DNA of 64,000 nucleotides from an uncultured Trueperaceae bacterium. GTDB lineage: Bacteria; Deinococcota; Deinococci; Deinococcales; Trueperaceae. The position numbers were made by a program, and so were the translations under genes. Location of the stretch: the NCBI GenBank assembly GCA_963815215.1, contig CAWFFU010000004.1:64001-128000 (forward strand), in the 5' to 3' direction. Shown here one piece after another: positions 53,388-63,324 of this stretch (positions are counted from its first letter, which is position 1; every line of letters starts with the position of its first letter). Below the pieces are notes generated by a model. The model made no database searches. It was not told the origin of the DNA and was given only the letters and a program-made list of their open reading frames with translations.

Positions 53388-53990
53388 ATGAGACGACTCG
53401 TGTTCTCGCTCGTGCTGGTGCTGGCGTCGGCGGCGTTCGCCCAACAGAGTGCCGAACTGAGCGGCATCGTGAAGAGCGAACAGACGCTTCCAGATGGAAC
53501 GCGCGTTGCCATCCACGTGGTCGACAACAACAACGTGTGGGGTCTCGAGGTCGCCAGCGTGGCGCCCGTCGGCGGGACCTTCAAGCTCACCGCGAAGCCC
53601 ATCCCCCAGGACCAGCTGCGGCCCTTCCGCAGCGGCGCGGTCCTGCTGCCAGGCCTCCAGAACGAGTACACCGTCAAGCCGGCGGATGCCGGCAGCGGCG
53701 AGGTCAACTTCGCGGTCGGGCGCATCAACATGTACGTCGACAAGAATGGCAACGGCGTGTTCGATCGCGTCACCGATCCGTGGTTCATCGGAGTGCCCAG
53801 CCTGGAGAAGCCGGTCGGCTTCTTCAGCTTGATCTACGTCGATCGCGCCGCCGTGCTGACCGGCGGCGGCACCACCCTCGACCTCCAGAAGGGCTGGAAC
53901 GTCTTCACCGTGCGCTTCCCCGGCGACAAGCCGGTGTACGCGGTGCAGCCGAGCGTCACCGACATCGCCCTGGACGTGTTCCTGCCCTGA
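53388..53990 (+). CDS. secreted hypothetical protein
   Basis: signal peptide ending AFA-QQ; DKNGNGVFD Ca-loop-like motif; LDLQKGWN. Confidence 0.75.
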   Translation: MRRLVFSLVLVLASAAFAQQSAELSGIVKSEQTLPDGTRVAIHVVDNNNVWGLEVASVAPVGGTFKLTAKPIPQDQLRPFRSGAVLLPGLQNEYTVKPADAGSGEVNFAVGRINMYVDKNGNGVFDRVTDPWFIGVPSLEKPVGFFSLIYVDRAAVLTGGGTTLDLQKGWNVFTVRFPGDKPVYAVQPSVTDIALDVFLP

Positions 53991-54069
53991 GGCCCGGCGC
54001 GCCGGTACAGCGGCACGAGTCCGTGCTCGCCGACAGTCGCGTTGGCGCCCGCCCTGCTAGGCTTGGGCC

Positions 54070-54540
54070 ATGAGCGTCTTCGAGGGGACCTTCCAGGCTT
54101 CCGGCCTGCGCTTCGGCATCGTCGCCAGCCGTTTCAACGATCTCGTCACCCGCAGGTTGCTGGAGGGCGCCCGCGACGGGTTGAGGCGTCACGGCGTCGA
54201 CGATGCCTCCGTCGACGTGGCGTGGGTGCCCGGCGCCGCCGAGATCCCCCTGGCCGCCAAGCGCATGGCCGAGACCGGTCGCTACGCGGCGGTGCTCACG
54301 GTGGGGGCCGTGATCCGGGGCGCCACCAGTCACTACGACGTGGTCTGTTCCATGGTGGCCGGCGGCGTGTCGCGCGCTGCGCTCGATTCGGGCGTGCCGG
54401 TCGTCTTCGGCGTGCTCACCACCGACACGCTGGAGCAGGCGTTGGAGCGCTCCGGGAGCAAGGCCGGCAACAAGGGGTTCGAGGCCGCCATGGCCGCCCT
54501 CGAGATGGCCACCCTGCTCGGCACGCTGGATCAGGGGTAG
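54070..54540 (+). CDS. ribH: 6,7-dimethyl-8-ribityllumazine synthase
   Basis: [38 protein letters not shown]. Confidence 0.95.
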   Translation: MSVFEGTFQASGLRFGIVASRFNDLVTRRLLEGARDGLRRHGVDDASVDVAWVPGAAEIPLAAKRMAETGRYAAVLTVGAVIRGATSHYDVVCSMVAGGVSRAALDSGVPVVFGVLTTDTLEQALERSGSKAGNKGFEAAMAALEMATLLGTLDQG

Positions 54541-54583
54541 CGACGCGCCGGCTAGTGGACAGCGGCGCGAGGGGAGGCTGAGC

Positions 54584-55363
54584 ATGGGACGGTTCGGTCT
54601 GGCACAAGTGGCGGTCCTCCTGGCGTACCTCGGCACCGTGGCCGTGAACGCGCTGGCGATCCTCCTGCCGATCGGTGGGAGGACCACGCAGGAGGTCTCC
54701 GCGCTATACCCGGCGTTGTTCGTGCCCGCGGGGTACGTGTTCTCGATCTGGAGCGTGATCTACCTCGGTCTGGCGGTGTATGCCGTGGCGCAGGCGGTGC
54801 CGCCGCTGCTGCGCGACGAGCGGGTGCGCTCGGTGGCCTGGTGGTTCGTGCTGTCCGGCGTGCTGAACAGCGTGTGGCTGGTGCTGTGGCAGACGCTCCG
54901 CATCTACTGGACGGTACCGGTCATGCTGGCGCTGCTGCTCACGCTCATCGTCATCTACCGCGGTCTGCGCGTCGGACGCGGCGCCGGGCGGGCCGAGACC
55001 TGGATGGTCCGCCTGCCCTTCAGCATCTATCTGGGATGGATCAGCGTCGCCACCATCGCCAACGTGAGTGACGCCCTGCTCCATGCGCAGTGGGGTGGCT
55101 GGGGGATCTCCGACGTGGCCTGGGCCGTGATCATGCTGGCGGTCGCCGCCCTGCTCGGCACCGTGATGCTGCTCCGTGAGCGCGACGTTGCCTACGCCCT
55201 GGTGCTGGTCTGGGCGTTCGTGGGGATCGCGGTGGCGCAGCGCCCCGAACCCGTGGTCGCCGGCGCGGCGCTGGCGGCGGCGGCGCTGGTGGCGCTGGCG
55301 ACGCTGGCCTTCGGAGGGCGGCGGCGCTCCGGCGGGCGTTCGTCTTCGCGCCGCGCCGCCTGA
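54584..55363 (+). CDS. tryptophan-rich sensory (TspO-like) membrane protein
   Basis: FVPAGYVFSIWSVIY, PFSIYLGWISVATIAN; multiple TM. Confidence 0.8.
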   Translation: MGRFGLAQVAVLLAYLGTVAVNALAILLPIGGRTTQEVSALYPALFVPAGYVFSIWSVIYLGLAVYAVAQAVPPLLRDERVRSVAWWFVLSGVLNSVWLVLWQTLRIYWTVPVMLALLLTLIVIYRGLRVGRGAGRAETWMVRLPFSIYLGWISVATIANVSDALLHAQWGGWGISDVAWAVIMLAVAALLGTVMLLRERDVAYALVLVWAFVGIAVAQRPEPVVAGAALAAAALVALATLAFGGRRRSGGRSSSRRAA

Positions 55364-55417
55364 GGGCGGGCGTTCCCGCAGGTCCGGACGGGCGGGCGGC
55401 GGTATACTCGGGGCGAG

Positions 55418-55801
55418 GTGAGCGAAGAGCCGAAGCACACCTACACCGCGCTGGAGATCGTGCAGGAGTTCTTCCCTGCGACTCCGGCGCGGTTGGTCCC
55501 GCGTGACCATGCCTACCGGCTCGAGCGCGACGGGAGCGGCGACCTGAGGGTGATGGACGCCGCCGGCACGGTCCGACTGCGGATGACGCCGGTGGAACGC
55601 GCCGGCAGGGAGTCGGTCCAGGTGTTCTGCGACCTCTGCCACACCAGCTCGCCGCGTGAACACCTGCACCTGATGCGGTCCGAGGTGCCCGAATCGGCCG
55701 GGCGGCGCTTCCGCTACCTGATGGCCTGTCGCGACACCGACGCCTGTGATGCGCGCCGGTTCGACGACCGCAGCGTCGAGGTCCTGCTCCGCAAGCCCTA
55801 G
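55418..55801 (+). CDS. FBP/FusB C-terminal-like treble-clef zinc-finger protein
   Basis: FCDLCHT...ACRDTDAC four-Cys pattern; TATACT -10 upstream. Confidence 0.6.
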   Translation: MSEEPKHTYTALEIVQEFFPATPARLVPRDHAYRLERDGSGDLRVMDAAGTVRLRMTPVERAGRESVQVFCDLCHTSSPREHLHLMRSEVPESAGRRFRYLMACRDTDACDARRFDDRSVEVLLRKP

Positions 55802-55862
55802 CCGGCCGGCTGCGGCCGCCCCGGTCCCGACAACGGCCCGCTCTCCGCTCGTGCCGCCAGCC

Positions 55863-56678
55863 TCACAGCGTTCGCTGCAGCGCCTTCGTGCGCTCGGGGA
55901 AGCGCTGAGCCAGCCGCGCCTTGTGTGCGTTCTCCCGTGCGATCCAGAGCGCGTCCGGGTCGCCGCTGGCGATCAGCTCATCCAGCAGCGCGAAGCCGGA
56001 ATCCGGCCGGGCGACCGTCACCACGCTCAAGGAGTATCCCAGGGCCTGTCGCAGCGTGCGTACCGCGCTCGAGCTGCGCTCGGTCGACGCCAGCAGGCGC
56101 GCCAGGACGTCGCGGTGCAGGCCCACGGCTGCGTCGGCGAGTTCGGGCACGGCCAGCACCGAGGGCTCGGCCAGCGCAGCCACCACCCCGCGGAGCTCCA
56201 GCGGCCGCCCCTCCCGCACCCAGGCTCGCAGCTCCGTCAGGGTCGGCTCGCGACGCGCCAGCAGCAGGCGCTGCAGCGCCATGGCCGCGGCCTCGCGCAG
56301 GCGCCAGCGAGGATCGCCCGCCGCGTTGCGCGCGATGGCGAGCGCGGACGCCGTCCGCTCGCCGACGACGCACGCCACCGCCGCGGCGCCCAGCGTGCCG
56401 CAGAAGGCCACGAACTCGCCGGGGTCGCCGGTCGGGGCGCGCTGCGCCGACAGGCCGGCCAGAGCGTTGCACAGGTCCCACCAGGGCGCCGGTTCCTGTG
56501 CCGCTCGCTCTGCCACCTCCTCGCCGAAGAGGGCGGCCAGGGCCAGGTTGCTGCGGGGGCCCGGCAGTTGGCTGTACTCCAGCAGCACGCTCCGCACCGG
56601 CGCGTCCGCCAGGGACACGCGATAGTGGTCCAGGGCGGCGTGGAGCGCCGCCGTCTCCGGCCGAGGCCTCGTAGGCAT
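55863..56678 (-). CDS. HEAT-repeat-like protein
   Basis: SQLPGPRSNL, DPRWRLREAAAMALQR, LRQALGYSLS, WIAREN. Confidence 0.7.
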   Translation of the reverse strand: MPTRPRPETAALHAALDHYRVSLADAPVRSVLLEYSQLPGPRSNLALAALFGEEVAERAAQEPAPWWDLCNALAGLSAQRAPTGDPGEFVAFCGTLGAAAVACVVGERTASALAIARNAAGDPRWRLREAAAMALQRLLLARREPTLTELRAWVREGRPLELRGVVAALAEPSVLAVPELADAAVGLHRDVLARLLASTERSSSAVRTLRQALGYSLSVVTVARPDSGFALLDELIASGDPDALWIARENAHKARLAQRFPERTKALQRTL

Positions 56679-56917
56679 GCCTCAGTGTGGCGCTCGGCGG
56701 GCCCGCGGGGGCGCACGCAGATCACCTCGCGCGGCGGTGCCATGAGCTGCCCCCGCGGCGCCGTCGCCACGCCGTGGCAGCGGTGCCGCGATCGCGGCGT
56801 TCCCCGACGCAGGGCAGGGAGCGGGCGAGGGAACTAAGCTGGGCCCAGGCCCGTCGCTCCCACCTGCGGCGCGCCGGTGCGACGCCACACAACGGTGGGG
56901 GAGGGACGGTGCGTCCG

Positions 56918-58036
56918 ATGTCGGAGCAGCCGCCACGGCAGGGAACGCGCCTGGGGCGCGAACGCCTTCTCGAGCACTGGCAGGACGAGGGAGACTCGGC
57001 TTTCCTCTACGACGGCCTCGCCCGGCGCATGAAGGACGGCGAGGCGCGCACGACGTTGCTGCGTCTGGCGCAGGACGAACGAGCGCACCAGCAGGTGTTC
57101 GCCTCGCTGCTGGGACAGGCCCCGCGCTTCGCACCCTCGGCGCGCACGCGCATGCTGCTGGCCGGCTCCCGGCTGCTGGGGCCGAGGCTGGTCCTGGCGC
57201 TGGCCACGAGTGAGGAAGGGAACGAGGTCGCGCGCTTCCTCCAGGAGGCCCGGGACGGCGTCGATGAGCCGTGGGTGAAGCGGCTGGCGCGCGAATCGGC
57301 GCACCACGCCAGTGTGCTCGGCCGGCTCAGCGGCACCTCCGGCGATCCGTGGCATCACATCGACTCCGGCGGTCGCCTGCGGAATCTCGTCTATGGCTTC
57401 AACGACGGCCTCACGGCCAACTTCGGCCTCATCGCCGGCATGCTGGGTGCCGCCATCCACCGCGACGTGGTGTTGCTGAGCGGTTTCTCCGGCTTGCTGG
57501 CGTCCTCGTTGTCGATGGCGGCCAGTGGCTACCTGGCCTCACAGAGCCAGCGCGAGGTCGATGCCAACGAGATCAACACCCAGCGCGCCGAGTTGATGTT
57601 GTTCCCCCAGCGCGAGGAGGACTACCTCGCCGGCCTGTACGAGGAGAAGGGGCTCACCGGGGACGAGGCCCGCAGCGCGGCGCGCCGGGTGATGGCCGAC
57701 CCCGACGTGGCGCTGCGCGAGCTGGCGCGGGAGAAACTCAAGATCAGCGAGGAGAGCGATCCACCGCTGGTGGAGGGGGCGACGACCGGGCTGGCGACGG
57801 TGTTCGGCGCGTTGGTCCCGATCGTGCCGTTCTTCTTCGGGGGTGGTGCCGTGGCCGCCTGGAGCGCCTTCGCCCTCGCCATGGCGATGCACTTCGTGGT
57901 CGGCGCGGCGCGCAGCGTGTTCACCGGCCGGCCCTGGCTGCGCAGCGGCTTCGACATGTTCGTGGTCGGCCTCGGCGTGGCCGCCTTCGGCTATCTGCTG
58001 GGCTTCGTTCTCACGGGCGTGTTCCCGACCGGTTGA
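56918..58036 (+). CDS. VIT1/CCC1 family Fe/Mn transporter with N-terminal ferritin/rubrerythrin-like domain
   Basis: N-terminal DE...LY...LAQDERAH (ExxH); LRNLVYGFNDGL, SMAASGYL. Confidence 0.85.
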   Translation: MSEQPPRQGTRLGRERLLEHWQDEGDSAFLYDGLARRMKDGEARTTLLRLAQDERAHQQVFASLLGQAPRFAPSARTRMLLAGSRLLGPRLVLALATSEEGNEVARFLQEARDGVDEPWVKRLARESAHHASVLGRLSGTSGDPWHHIDSGGRLRNLVYGFNDGLTANFGLIAGMLGAAIHRDVVLLSGFSGLLASSLSMAASGYLASQSQREVDANEINTQRAELMLFPQREEDYLAGLYEEKGLTGDEARSAARRVMADPDVALRELAREKLKISEESDPPLVEGATTGLATVFGALVPIVPFFFGGGAVAAWSAFALAMAMHFVVGAARSVFTGRPWLRSGFDMFVVGLGVAAFGYLLGFVLTGVFPTG

Positions 58037-58122
58037 CGGCCGCGGCCGGCGGCGACTGCTAGGGTGGAAGGTGCGATGCGAGTCCCTCTGCCGAACCACG
58101 CCGATCCGGAGCCTCGGTCCTG

Positions 58123-58410
58123 ATGGGCCGCTTCCGGGCATCGTCGCTGGGAGCGGGTGCCGTCATCCTGGCGCTGCTGCTGCTGATCCTGCACCGCTTC
58201 GGCACGTTCCTGCTGTTCCTGGTGATCGGAGTCGGGCTGCTGTGGTACGGCCGCATCCAGCGCGACGCGCAGGAGAGCGCGGCCCGGAGAGGTGGGGACG
58301 AGGGCGCCGAGTCGGGGAGCGCGCCGTCGGGGAGCGCGCCGTCCGAGAGCGTGCCGTCCGAGAGCGACGACGCCTCGGGACCGGAACGCCGCCACGACAG
58401 CGGGGGCTGA
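58123..58410 (+). CDS. small 2-TM protein with repetitive Ser-rich tail
   Basis: two hydrophobic helices, then SGSAP/SESVP repeats. Confidence 0.55.
   Translation: MGRFRASSLGAGAVILALLLLILHRFGTFLLFLVIGVGLLWYGRIQRDAQESAARRGGDEGAESGSAPSGSAPSESVPSESDDASGPERRHDSGG
58311..58366 (+). repeat. 15-bp degenerate tandem repeat (about 4 units)
   Basis: GTCGGGGAGCGCGCC x2, GTCCGAGAGCGTGCC, GTCCGAGAGCG. Confidence 0.8.
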
Positions 58411-58489
58411 GGTCGCCGCGCCGCGCCGCCTGCGCTCGCTGAGGCAGGCCGTAAGAAGACCGTTAGTCCCCCGCTGCTAGGCTGCCGGC

Positions 58490-58759
58490 ATGAAGGAAGG
58501 GTCTCGCACCATGAAGCGTTGCTCGGACACCGAGCTCGAGGCGATGGTGACGCGTTATGAGCGCGCGCTGTTCGCCGGGACCTCCAGCCACCGCGACGTG
58601 GTCAAGCTGATCGCGGCGGAGCGGGAGATCCTGCGACGCGAGGCGAAACGGGTCAAGCACACGGTGCACGAGGAGCGTCGTGCGCGCACGGTGTCGAGCG
58701 GCGAGGGATGGCTGTCGGTCACGCCAGAGGCGAACGCCAAGCATCGAGCGCCGAACTGA
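58490..58759 (+). CDS. small basic hypothetical protein
   Basis: TAGGCT -10 box 6 nt before ATG; alternative start 58511 after AGGAAGG. Confidence 0.55.
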   Translation: MKEGSRTMKRCSDTELEAMVTRYERALFAGTSSHRDVVKLIAAEREILRREAKRVKHTVHEERRARTVSSGEGWLSVTPEANAKHRAPN

Positions 58760-58796
58760 GCGGGCGGGCGTAGGGGCTCCGGTCGGTCGATCGGGC

Positions 58797-60569
58797 TCAG
58801 CGCTGCGCCGCGCCGCTCCCGGCTGCCTCGTTCACCAGGGTCATCCCCGCGAGAACGGGATCGTGGTCCGACGCCCGGTACGGCGCCGGGTCCGGCGGCA
58901 CGGTCGGGCGAGCAGTCGCGAAGGCGCCGACGAGTGGCGACTCGTCGGCATCGATGTGCCAGATGGTCGTCCCAGCGAGTTGCGGGGCCAGCGAGGGGGT
59001 CGCCAGCAGGTAGTCGAGCGTCCCAGAGCGTCCGGCGTAGACGTAGCTGTAGCGCTCCGCGGCGGGCAGGACGTGCGCCGCGTCGACGAGACCGGCGGCT
59101 GCCAACAAGCGCAGTGGCGGCTCGGCGGCGTAGCTGTTGAGATCACCGGCCACCAGCACGTCGGGGTCACCGGCGACCCGCTGGAGGCGGGTGACGAAAT
59201 CGAGCACCGCCTGCGCCTGGGCGCTGCGCCGCAGGTTCCAGCAACCGAACCCGCGGTCCACGTCGCCGGCGGCGGGACAGCCGCTCTTGGCCTTGAAGTG
59301 CAGTGCCACCAGCGTGAACACGCCGCCCTCCCGGTCGCGGAACGTCGCCGCCACGGGCGGGCGCTCGAACACGGGGCGCGGGTCGCTGGCGGACGACAGC
59401 AGCTCGAGCGCCGCCGGACGGTAGAGCAGCGCCTGCTTGATGCGGTCGCCGCCCACGCCCGCAGGCGGGTCGGGCACGGCGGCGTACACGGGACCGCCGA
59501 GCCGGGCGTTGAGCGCCGTCACGAGCGCGGCCTCGCTGCGCATGCCGTCGTTCTCGACCTCCTGCAGCGCGATGGCGTCGGCGTCCAGGGCGACCAGGGC
59601 GGAGACGAGCTTGGCGCGTTGCAGCGCGCGCTGAGCGGCGCTGCGCGCCCCGCGGTCAGCGAGCGTGGTGAAGAGGTTGTGGACGTTGAAGGTGGCGACC
59701 CGCAGCGCGCCCCCGACGGTCGTCGGGACCGGCGGCCGGGGGTTGGCGGCGATGAGCTCGGGGGCGACGACGGGCTCGAGCCGGTAGCGCGCCGGCCCTA
59801 CCCCCATCACCACCGCCGTGACGTCGCGCAGCTCGTCGCCCACGCGCGGCGGCCGTCCGTCCCGATAGCGGTAGGGGAGCGGCCGCGGGTTCTGTCGGCG
59901 GCTGCCGTCGTCGAGAACGACGCTGCGGAGTCCCGAGGCGTCGGCGGTGGCCGTGGGCGTTCCCGGCGCGGGCGTTCCCTGTGGGGTCGCGAAGAGCCGG
60001 GCATCGGCCAGCTCCAGCTCGCCGTAGCGCGCCAGGGCCTCGACACCGGTGACGACGAGCGGCCCCGGCAGCCGCACCAGCATGCCCTCGAGCGCCTCCC
60101 AGTCGGCCGCGCCCGAGACCGGCAGGCGCACCACGCGGGGCTGCGGGAGCTTCGCCCGGCCACAGCGCTGGAGTAGCGTGAGCGAGCCGAGCGTCGTCAT
60201 GCCGTACGCCTCGCTCACGGTGCCGACGGCCCGCACCTCGTCGCCGGGGCGCGGCGTGGCTTGCCCGCCGGCGGTCCTGACGAAGATCCCGTCCGAGGTG
60301 GCGGGGTCGCCGTCGCCCCGGGCATCCTGCAGGAAGAAGCCGGACAGGCCATCGGCGCCGGGGAAGGCGGCCGTCACCACGCCGCGTAAAGCGACGGTCC
60401 GGCGCTTCATGGGGGAGGACGGCCCGTCGCCCTGGACGGCGGCGATGGTGGTTCCGGCCGCGTCCGCGGGACAGGCGGCCGCGTAGCCGGGGGCGGCGGC
60501 GCTGAGCACGGCCAGCGCCGCCAGCGGCGCCAGCGCGGGGAGCGCCGACGGGAGCGATGGACCTCGCAT
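58797..60569 (-). CDS. ExeM/NucH-like extracellular endonuclease (OB-fold plus EEP domain)
   Basis: signal peptide, GFFLQD...[45 protein letters not shown]. Confidence 0.9.
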   Translation of the reverse strand: MRGPSLPSALPALAPLAALAVLSAAAPGYAAACPADAAGTTIAAVQGDGPSSPMKRRTVALRGVVTAAFPGADGLSGFFLQDARGDGDPATSDGIFVRTAGGQATPRPGDEVRAVGTVSEAYGMTTLGSLTLLQRCGRAKLPQPRVVRLPVSGAADWEALEGMLVRLPGPLVVTGVEALARYGELELADARLFATPQGTPAPGTPTATADASGLRSVVLDDGSRRQNPRPLPYRYRDGRPPRVGDELRDVTAVVMGVGPARYRLEPVVAPELIAANPRPPVPTTVGGALRVATFNVHNLFTTLADRGARSAAQRALQRAKLVSALVALDADAIALQEVENDGMRSEAALVTALNARLGGPVYAAVPDPPAGVGGDRIKQALLYRPAALELLSSASDPRPVFERPPVAATFRDREGGVFTLVALHFKAKSGCPAAGDVDRGFGCWNLRRSAQAQAVLDFVTRLQRVAGDPDVLVAGDLNSYAAEPPLRLLAAAGLVDAAHVLPAAERYSYVYAGRSGTLDYLLATPSLAPQLAGTTIWHIDADESPLVGAFATARPTVPPDPAPYRASDHDPVLAGMTLVNEAAGSGAAQR

Positions 60570-60602
60570 GGCGTAGTGTACCGGCCGCCAGAGCGCCGAC
60601 CG

Positions 60603-60642
60603 GGACCCCGGCGCCGGACCCCGGCGCCGGACCCCAGCGGCC
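60603..60642. repeat. 13-bp tandem repeat x3 between divergent leaderless promoters
   Basis: GGACCCCGGCGCC x2 plus GGACCCCAGCGGCC. Confidence 0.75.
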
Positions 60643-60671
60643 GTCGCCTGCGGGCCGCTGTAGTCTGGGGC

Positions 60672-61488
60672 ATGCCGATCCGCGACGACTTCATCCTGCG
60701 GATGCTCGACCAGGTGGCGGAGGCGATCGCCCGCGTGCTGACCGGCCGCGGTCCGGCCGCGCTGACGCTCGCCGAGCAGGAACTCGCCAGTGCCTACCTG
60801 GAGCTGACCGGCTCCAGCCGTTCGCTGGTGGCTAGCCTCTCCTCGGAGCAGTTGCTGGCGATCCTGGGCGCGCCCACGCGCTTCCATCGCGAGCGCGGCT
60901 ACGTGTTGGCACGGTTGCTGGAGGCCGATGCCGCGCTCCTCGAGCGGAGCGGCGCTCAGGGCGGGACGGCCGCGCCCGATACGGACGTGAAGGATGGGGC
61001 CGCGCCCGACCTGGCCGCGCCAGACCTGGCCGCGCCCGACGGGGGCGTGGCCGACGGGGGCGTGGCCGACGGGGGCGTGGCCGATGCGGCCGCGGCACGA
61101 CGCGGCGGTGGCGCGGCTCAAGGCGCTCGACCTCTACCTGGAGGCCTCCAAGGCCGGGCTGGACGAGGAGGATCTGGAGGAGCGCCTCGCCAGGCTCCTG
61201 GGCGCGCTGGCCGACCTGCAGATCCCCGCGGACAGTCACTGGCGGGTGTTCGAGCACGCCGCCGCGGAGGGCCACTACGCGGCGGCGGAAGACCTGCTCT
61301 TCGAGGGGCTCGAGCGCTTCGGGGCCGGTCGCGACGTCGCCGAGCGCGGCCGTACCTTCTACCGCACGCTCGAGGCCCTGCCGGACGCCGATCTGGCGGC
61401 CGGAGCGCTGCCGCGCTCGGAAGTGGGCGAGGGCAGGGCGGCGTTCGAGGGCGAACTGGGACGGGCACCCCAGCCGGGTGCGGAGTGA
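60672..61488 (+). pseudogene. DUF6483-like helical protein interrupted by a +1 frameshift near 61097
   Basis: N-part [23 protein letters not shown] in one frame; C-part [11 protein letters not shown]...YAAAEDLLF...FYRTL...LPRSEVGEG in the +1 frame, with its stop overlapping the next GTG. Confidence 0.7.
60998..61101 (+). repeat. 15-bp tandem repeat array (about 7 units, two unit types)
   Basis: GGCCGCGCC[CA]GACCT x3, then GGGGGCGTGGCCGA[CT] x3, then a 16-nt degenerate unit. Confidence 0.85.
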
Positions 61489-62675
61489 GCGCCGCGGTGC
61501 TGGGTCGCTGGGCCTCGAAACGCGCGCGGGCGATGCCCGCCAGCGTCTTCGCCACCATGGATGCCGCCAAGGCCGCCGCCCGCGGTGAGGGCGTCGACGT
61601 CATCGATCTGTCGATCGGCTCCTCCGACCTTCCGCCGCCGCCCGGGGCCGTCGACGAGTTGCGGCGGACGGCCGACGACCCGGCCGGCTACGGCTACTGC
61701 CTGCAGGCCTGCACGCGCCCGCTGCGGGAGGCGGTGGTGCGCTGGCACGCGCGCCGCTACCCGGGGGCGCCCGCCCTCGACCCCGACGCCAACGTTCTAC
61801 CCCTGATCGGGTCGCAGGAGGGGCTCGCCCATCTGCTGCTGGCGGTCACCGATCCCGGAGACGTCGTCCTGATGCCCGAACCGGCGTACCCTTCGTACTT
61901 CGGAGCGGCGGCGCTGGCGGGCGTGCGCCGGGTGGTGTTGCCGCTGCTCGAGGCGAACGGGTTCCTGCCGGATCTCGCGGCCGTACCCGAGGAGGCGGCC
62001 GCCCGCGCCCGGGCGATGGTGCTCAACTATCCCAACAACCCCACCGCCGGAGTAGCGGACGACGCCTTCTTCGACAGCGCCCTGCGCTTCGCTGCGGATC
62101 GTGGGATGCTCCTGGTGCACGACTTCCCCTACGTCGACACGGTGTTCGGGGACTACCAGGCGCCGTCGCTGCTGGCCCGCCCGGGCGGCCTGGAGACGGG
62201 CATCGAGCTCTACTCCTGCTCCAAGAGCTTCCATCTGGCCGGGCTCCGGATGGGCTGGGCAGTGGGGAACGAGGAGGCGATCGCCGCCCTGGCTCGGGTC
62301 AAGGGCGCCGTCGACTTCAACCAGTACCTGGGCGCCCAGCGGGCGGCGATCGCCTCCCTGGAGCAGCCGCACGAGCGCCTGCGCGCCGACGCCGAACGGT
62401 TCCGGGAGCGTCGCGATGCGCTGGTCGAGGCGCTCAACGACAGCGGCTGGGCGACGCCCTCGCCGCAAGCCAGCATGTACGTCTGGACCCGGCTGCCTGC
62501 CGGCCGCAGCGACTCCTTCGCCTTCTGCCTGGAGCTGGTGAGCAACGCGGGCGTGGCGCTGGCGCCGGGACGCGCCTTCGGGGAGGGCGGCGAGGGCTAC
62601 GTGCGCTTCGCCCTGGTGCAGGAGCCGGAGCGGCTGCGCGAGGCCGTCGAGCGGATCCGGCGTTCGCTGGACTGA
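61485..62675 (+). CDS. class I/II PLP aminotransferase (LL-DAP aminotransferase-like subgroup)
   Basis: [55 protein letters not shown]. Confidence 0.9.
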   Translation: MSAAVLGRWASKRARAMPASVFATMDAAKAAARGEGVDVIDLSIGSSDLPPPPGAVDELRRTADDPAGYGYCLQACTRPLREAVVRWHARRYPGAPALDPDANVLPLIGSQEGLAHLLLAVTDPGDVVLMPEPAYPSYFGAAALAGVRRVVLPLLEANGFLPDLAAVPEEAAARARAMVLNYPNNPTAGVADDAFFDSALRFAADRGMLLVHDFPYVDTVFGDYQAPSLLARPGGLETGIELYSCSKSFHLAGLRMGWAVGNEEAIAALARVKGAVDFNQYLGAQRAAIASLEQPHERLRADAERFRERRDALVEALNDSGWATPSPQASMYVWTRLPAGRSDSFAFCLELVSNAGVALAPGRAFGEGGEGYVRFALVQEPERLREAVERIRRSLD

Positions 62676-62682
62676 GCGGCGC

Positions 62683-63315
62683 TCAGGCGCGGTTACGGTC
62701 GTCGACCGCGGGCTCGGCGGGTTCCGGCCCGCCTTCGGGTGCAACGTCGGTCTCGACGTCGGTCTCGACGTAGGCTGACGAGCCGACGTCCGGAGCGGGC
62801 GCACGGCGTTGTCGGACCTCCCACAGGCCCTGGAGGTTGATGCCGAAGTGCGCCACCATGGCGGGCAGCAGGCTGCCGCTGACCTGCGTGAGCGCGCCGA
62901 ACGCGAGGCCGGCGAGGGCCGCGAACGCCGGATAGGCCCAGCCGCGGCGCGGCACCGGGTGGAACAGCCCGAACAGCAGCGCCTGCGCGACCAGCCCCAC
63001 CAGCGGCAGCAGGGCCCCCCGGAAGAAGACCTCCTCCGCGCTCGCGGTGACGGCGGCGAGCAGCAACGCCGTGCCGGGCGGCAACTCGACCGAACGGAGC
63101 GCGTTCTCGAGTAGCTGGCTGGCGTAGCGGAACGACGGCACGGTCCGTTCCAGCAGCCAGGCCGCGCCCAGCAGCAATGCGCCGGTCAGCACGCCGGCGA
63201 CGAGCTGTCCGCCGAGAGCGAGGTGGGGCTGGTAGGGGAAGGGGCGCAGCAGCAGCCACACGCCGCCGAGGACGCCGAGCGCCAGGCTGGGCACGAAGAG
63301 CAGGGCGCGGCGCAC
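62683..63315 (-). CDS. CPBP family intramembrane metalloprotease
   Basis: AEEVFFRG, FGLFH, AHFGIN; leaderless TAGACT. Confidence 0.88.
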   Translation of the reverse strand: MRRALLFVPSLALGVLGGVWLLLRPFPYQPHLALGGQLVAGVLTGALLLGAAWLLERTVPSFRYASQLLENALRSVELPPGTALLLAAVTASAEEVFFRGALLPLVGLVAQALLFGLFHPVPRRGWAYPAFAALAGLAFGALTQVSGSLLPAMVAHFGINLQGLWEVRQRRAPAPDVGSSAYVETDVETDVAPEGGPEPAEPAVDDRNRA

Positions 63316-63324
63316 GGGGCCAGT

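Noticed and set aside
60998..61101. Short repeat arrays (also 9520, 58311, 60603) as CRISPR
   Set aside because: Units are 13-15 bp, contiguous with no spacers, and there are no cas genes
58797..61121. 774-aa version of the nuclease with GHAPV repeats
   Set aside because: The extension is the antisense reading of the VNTR; signal peptide and -10 box give a start at 60569
61485..62675. Calling the aminotransferase dapL
   Set aside because: Only subgroup-level similarity; characterised Deinococcota use the alpha-aminoadipate lysine route and no dap genes are adjacent
62744..62771. 12-bp repeat (VETD x2) in the CPBP tail, and short repeats at 51010-51066
   Set aside because: Short slippage duplications in unstructured or intergenic sequence with no sign of function
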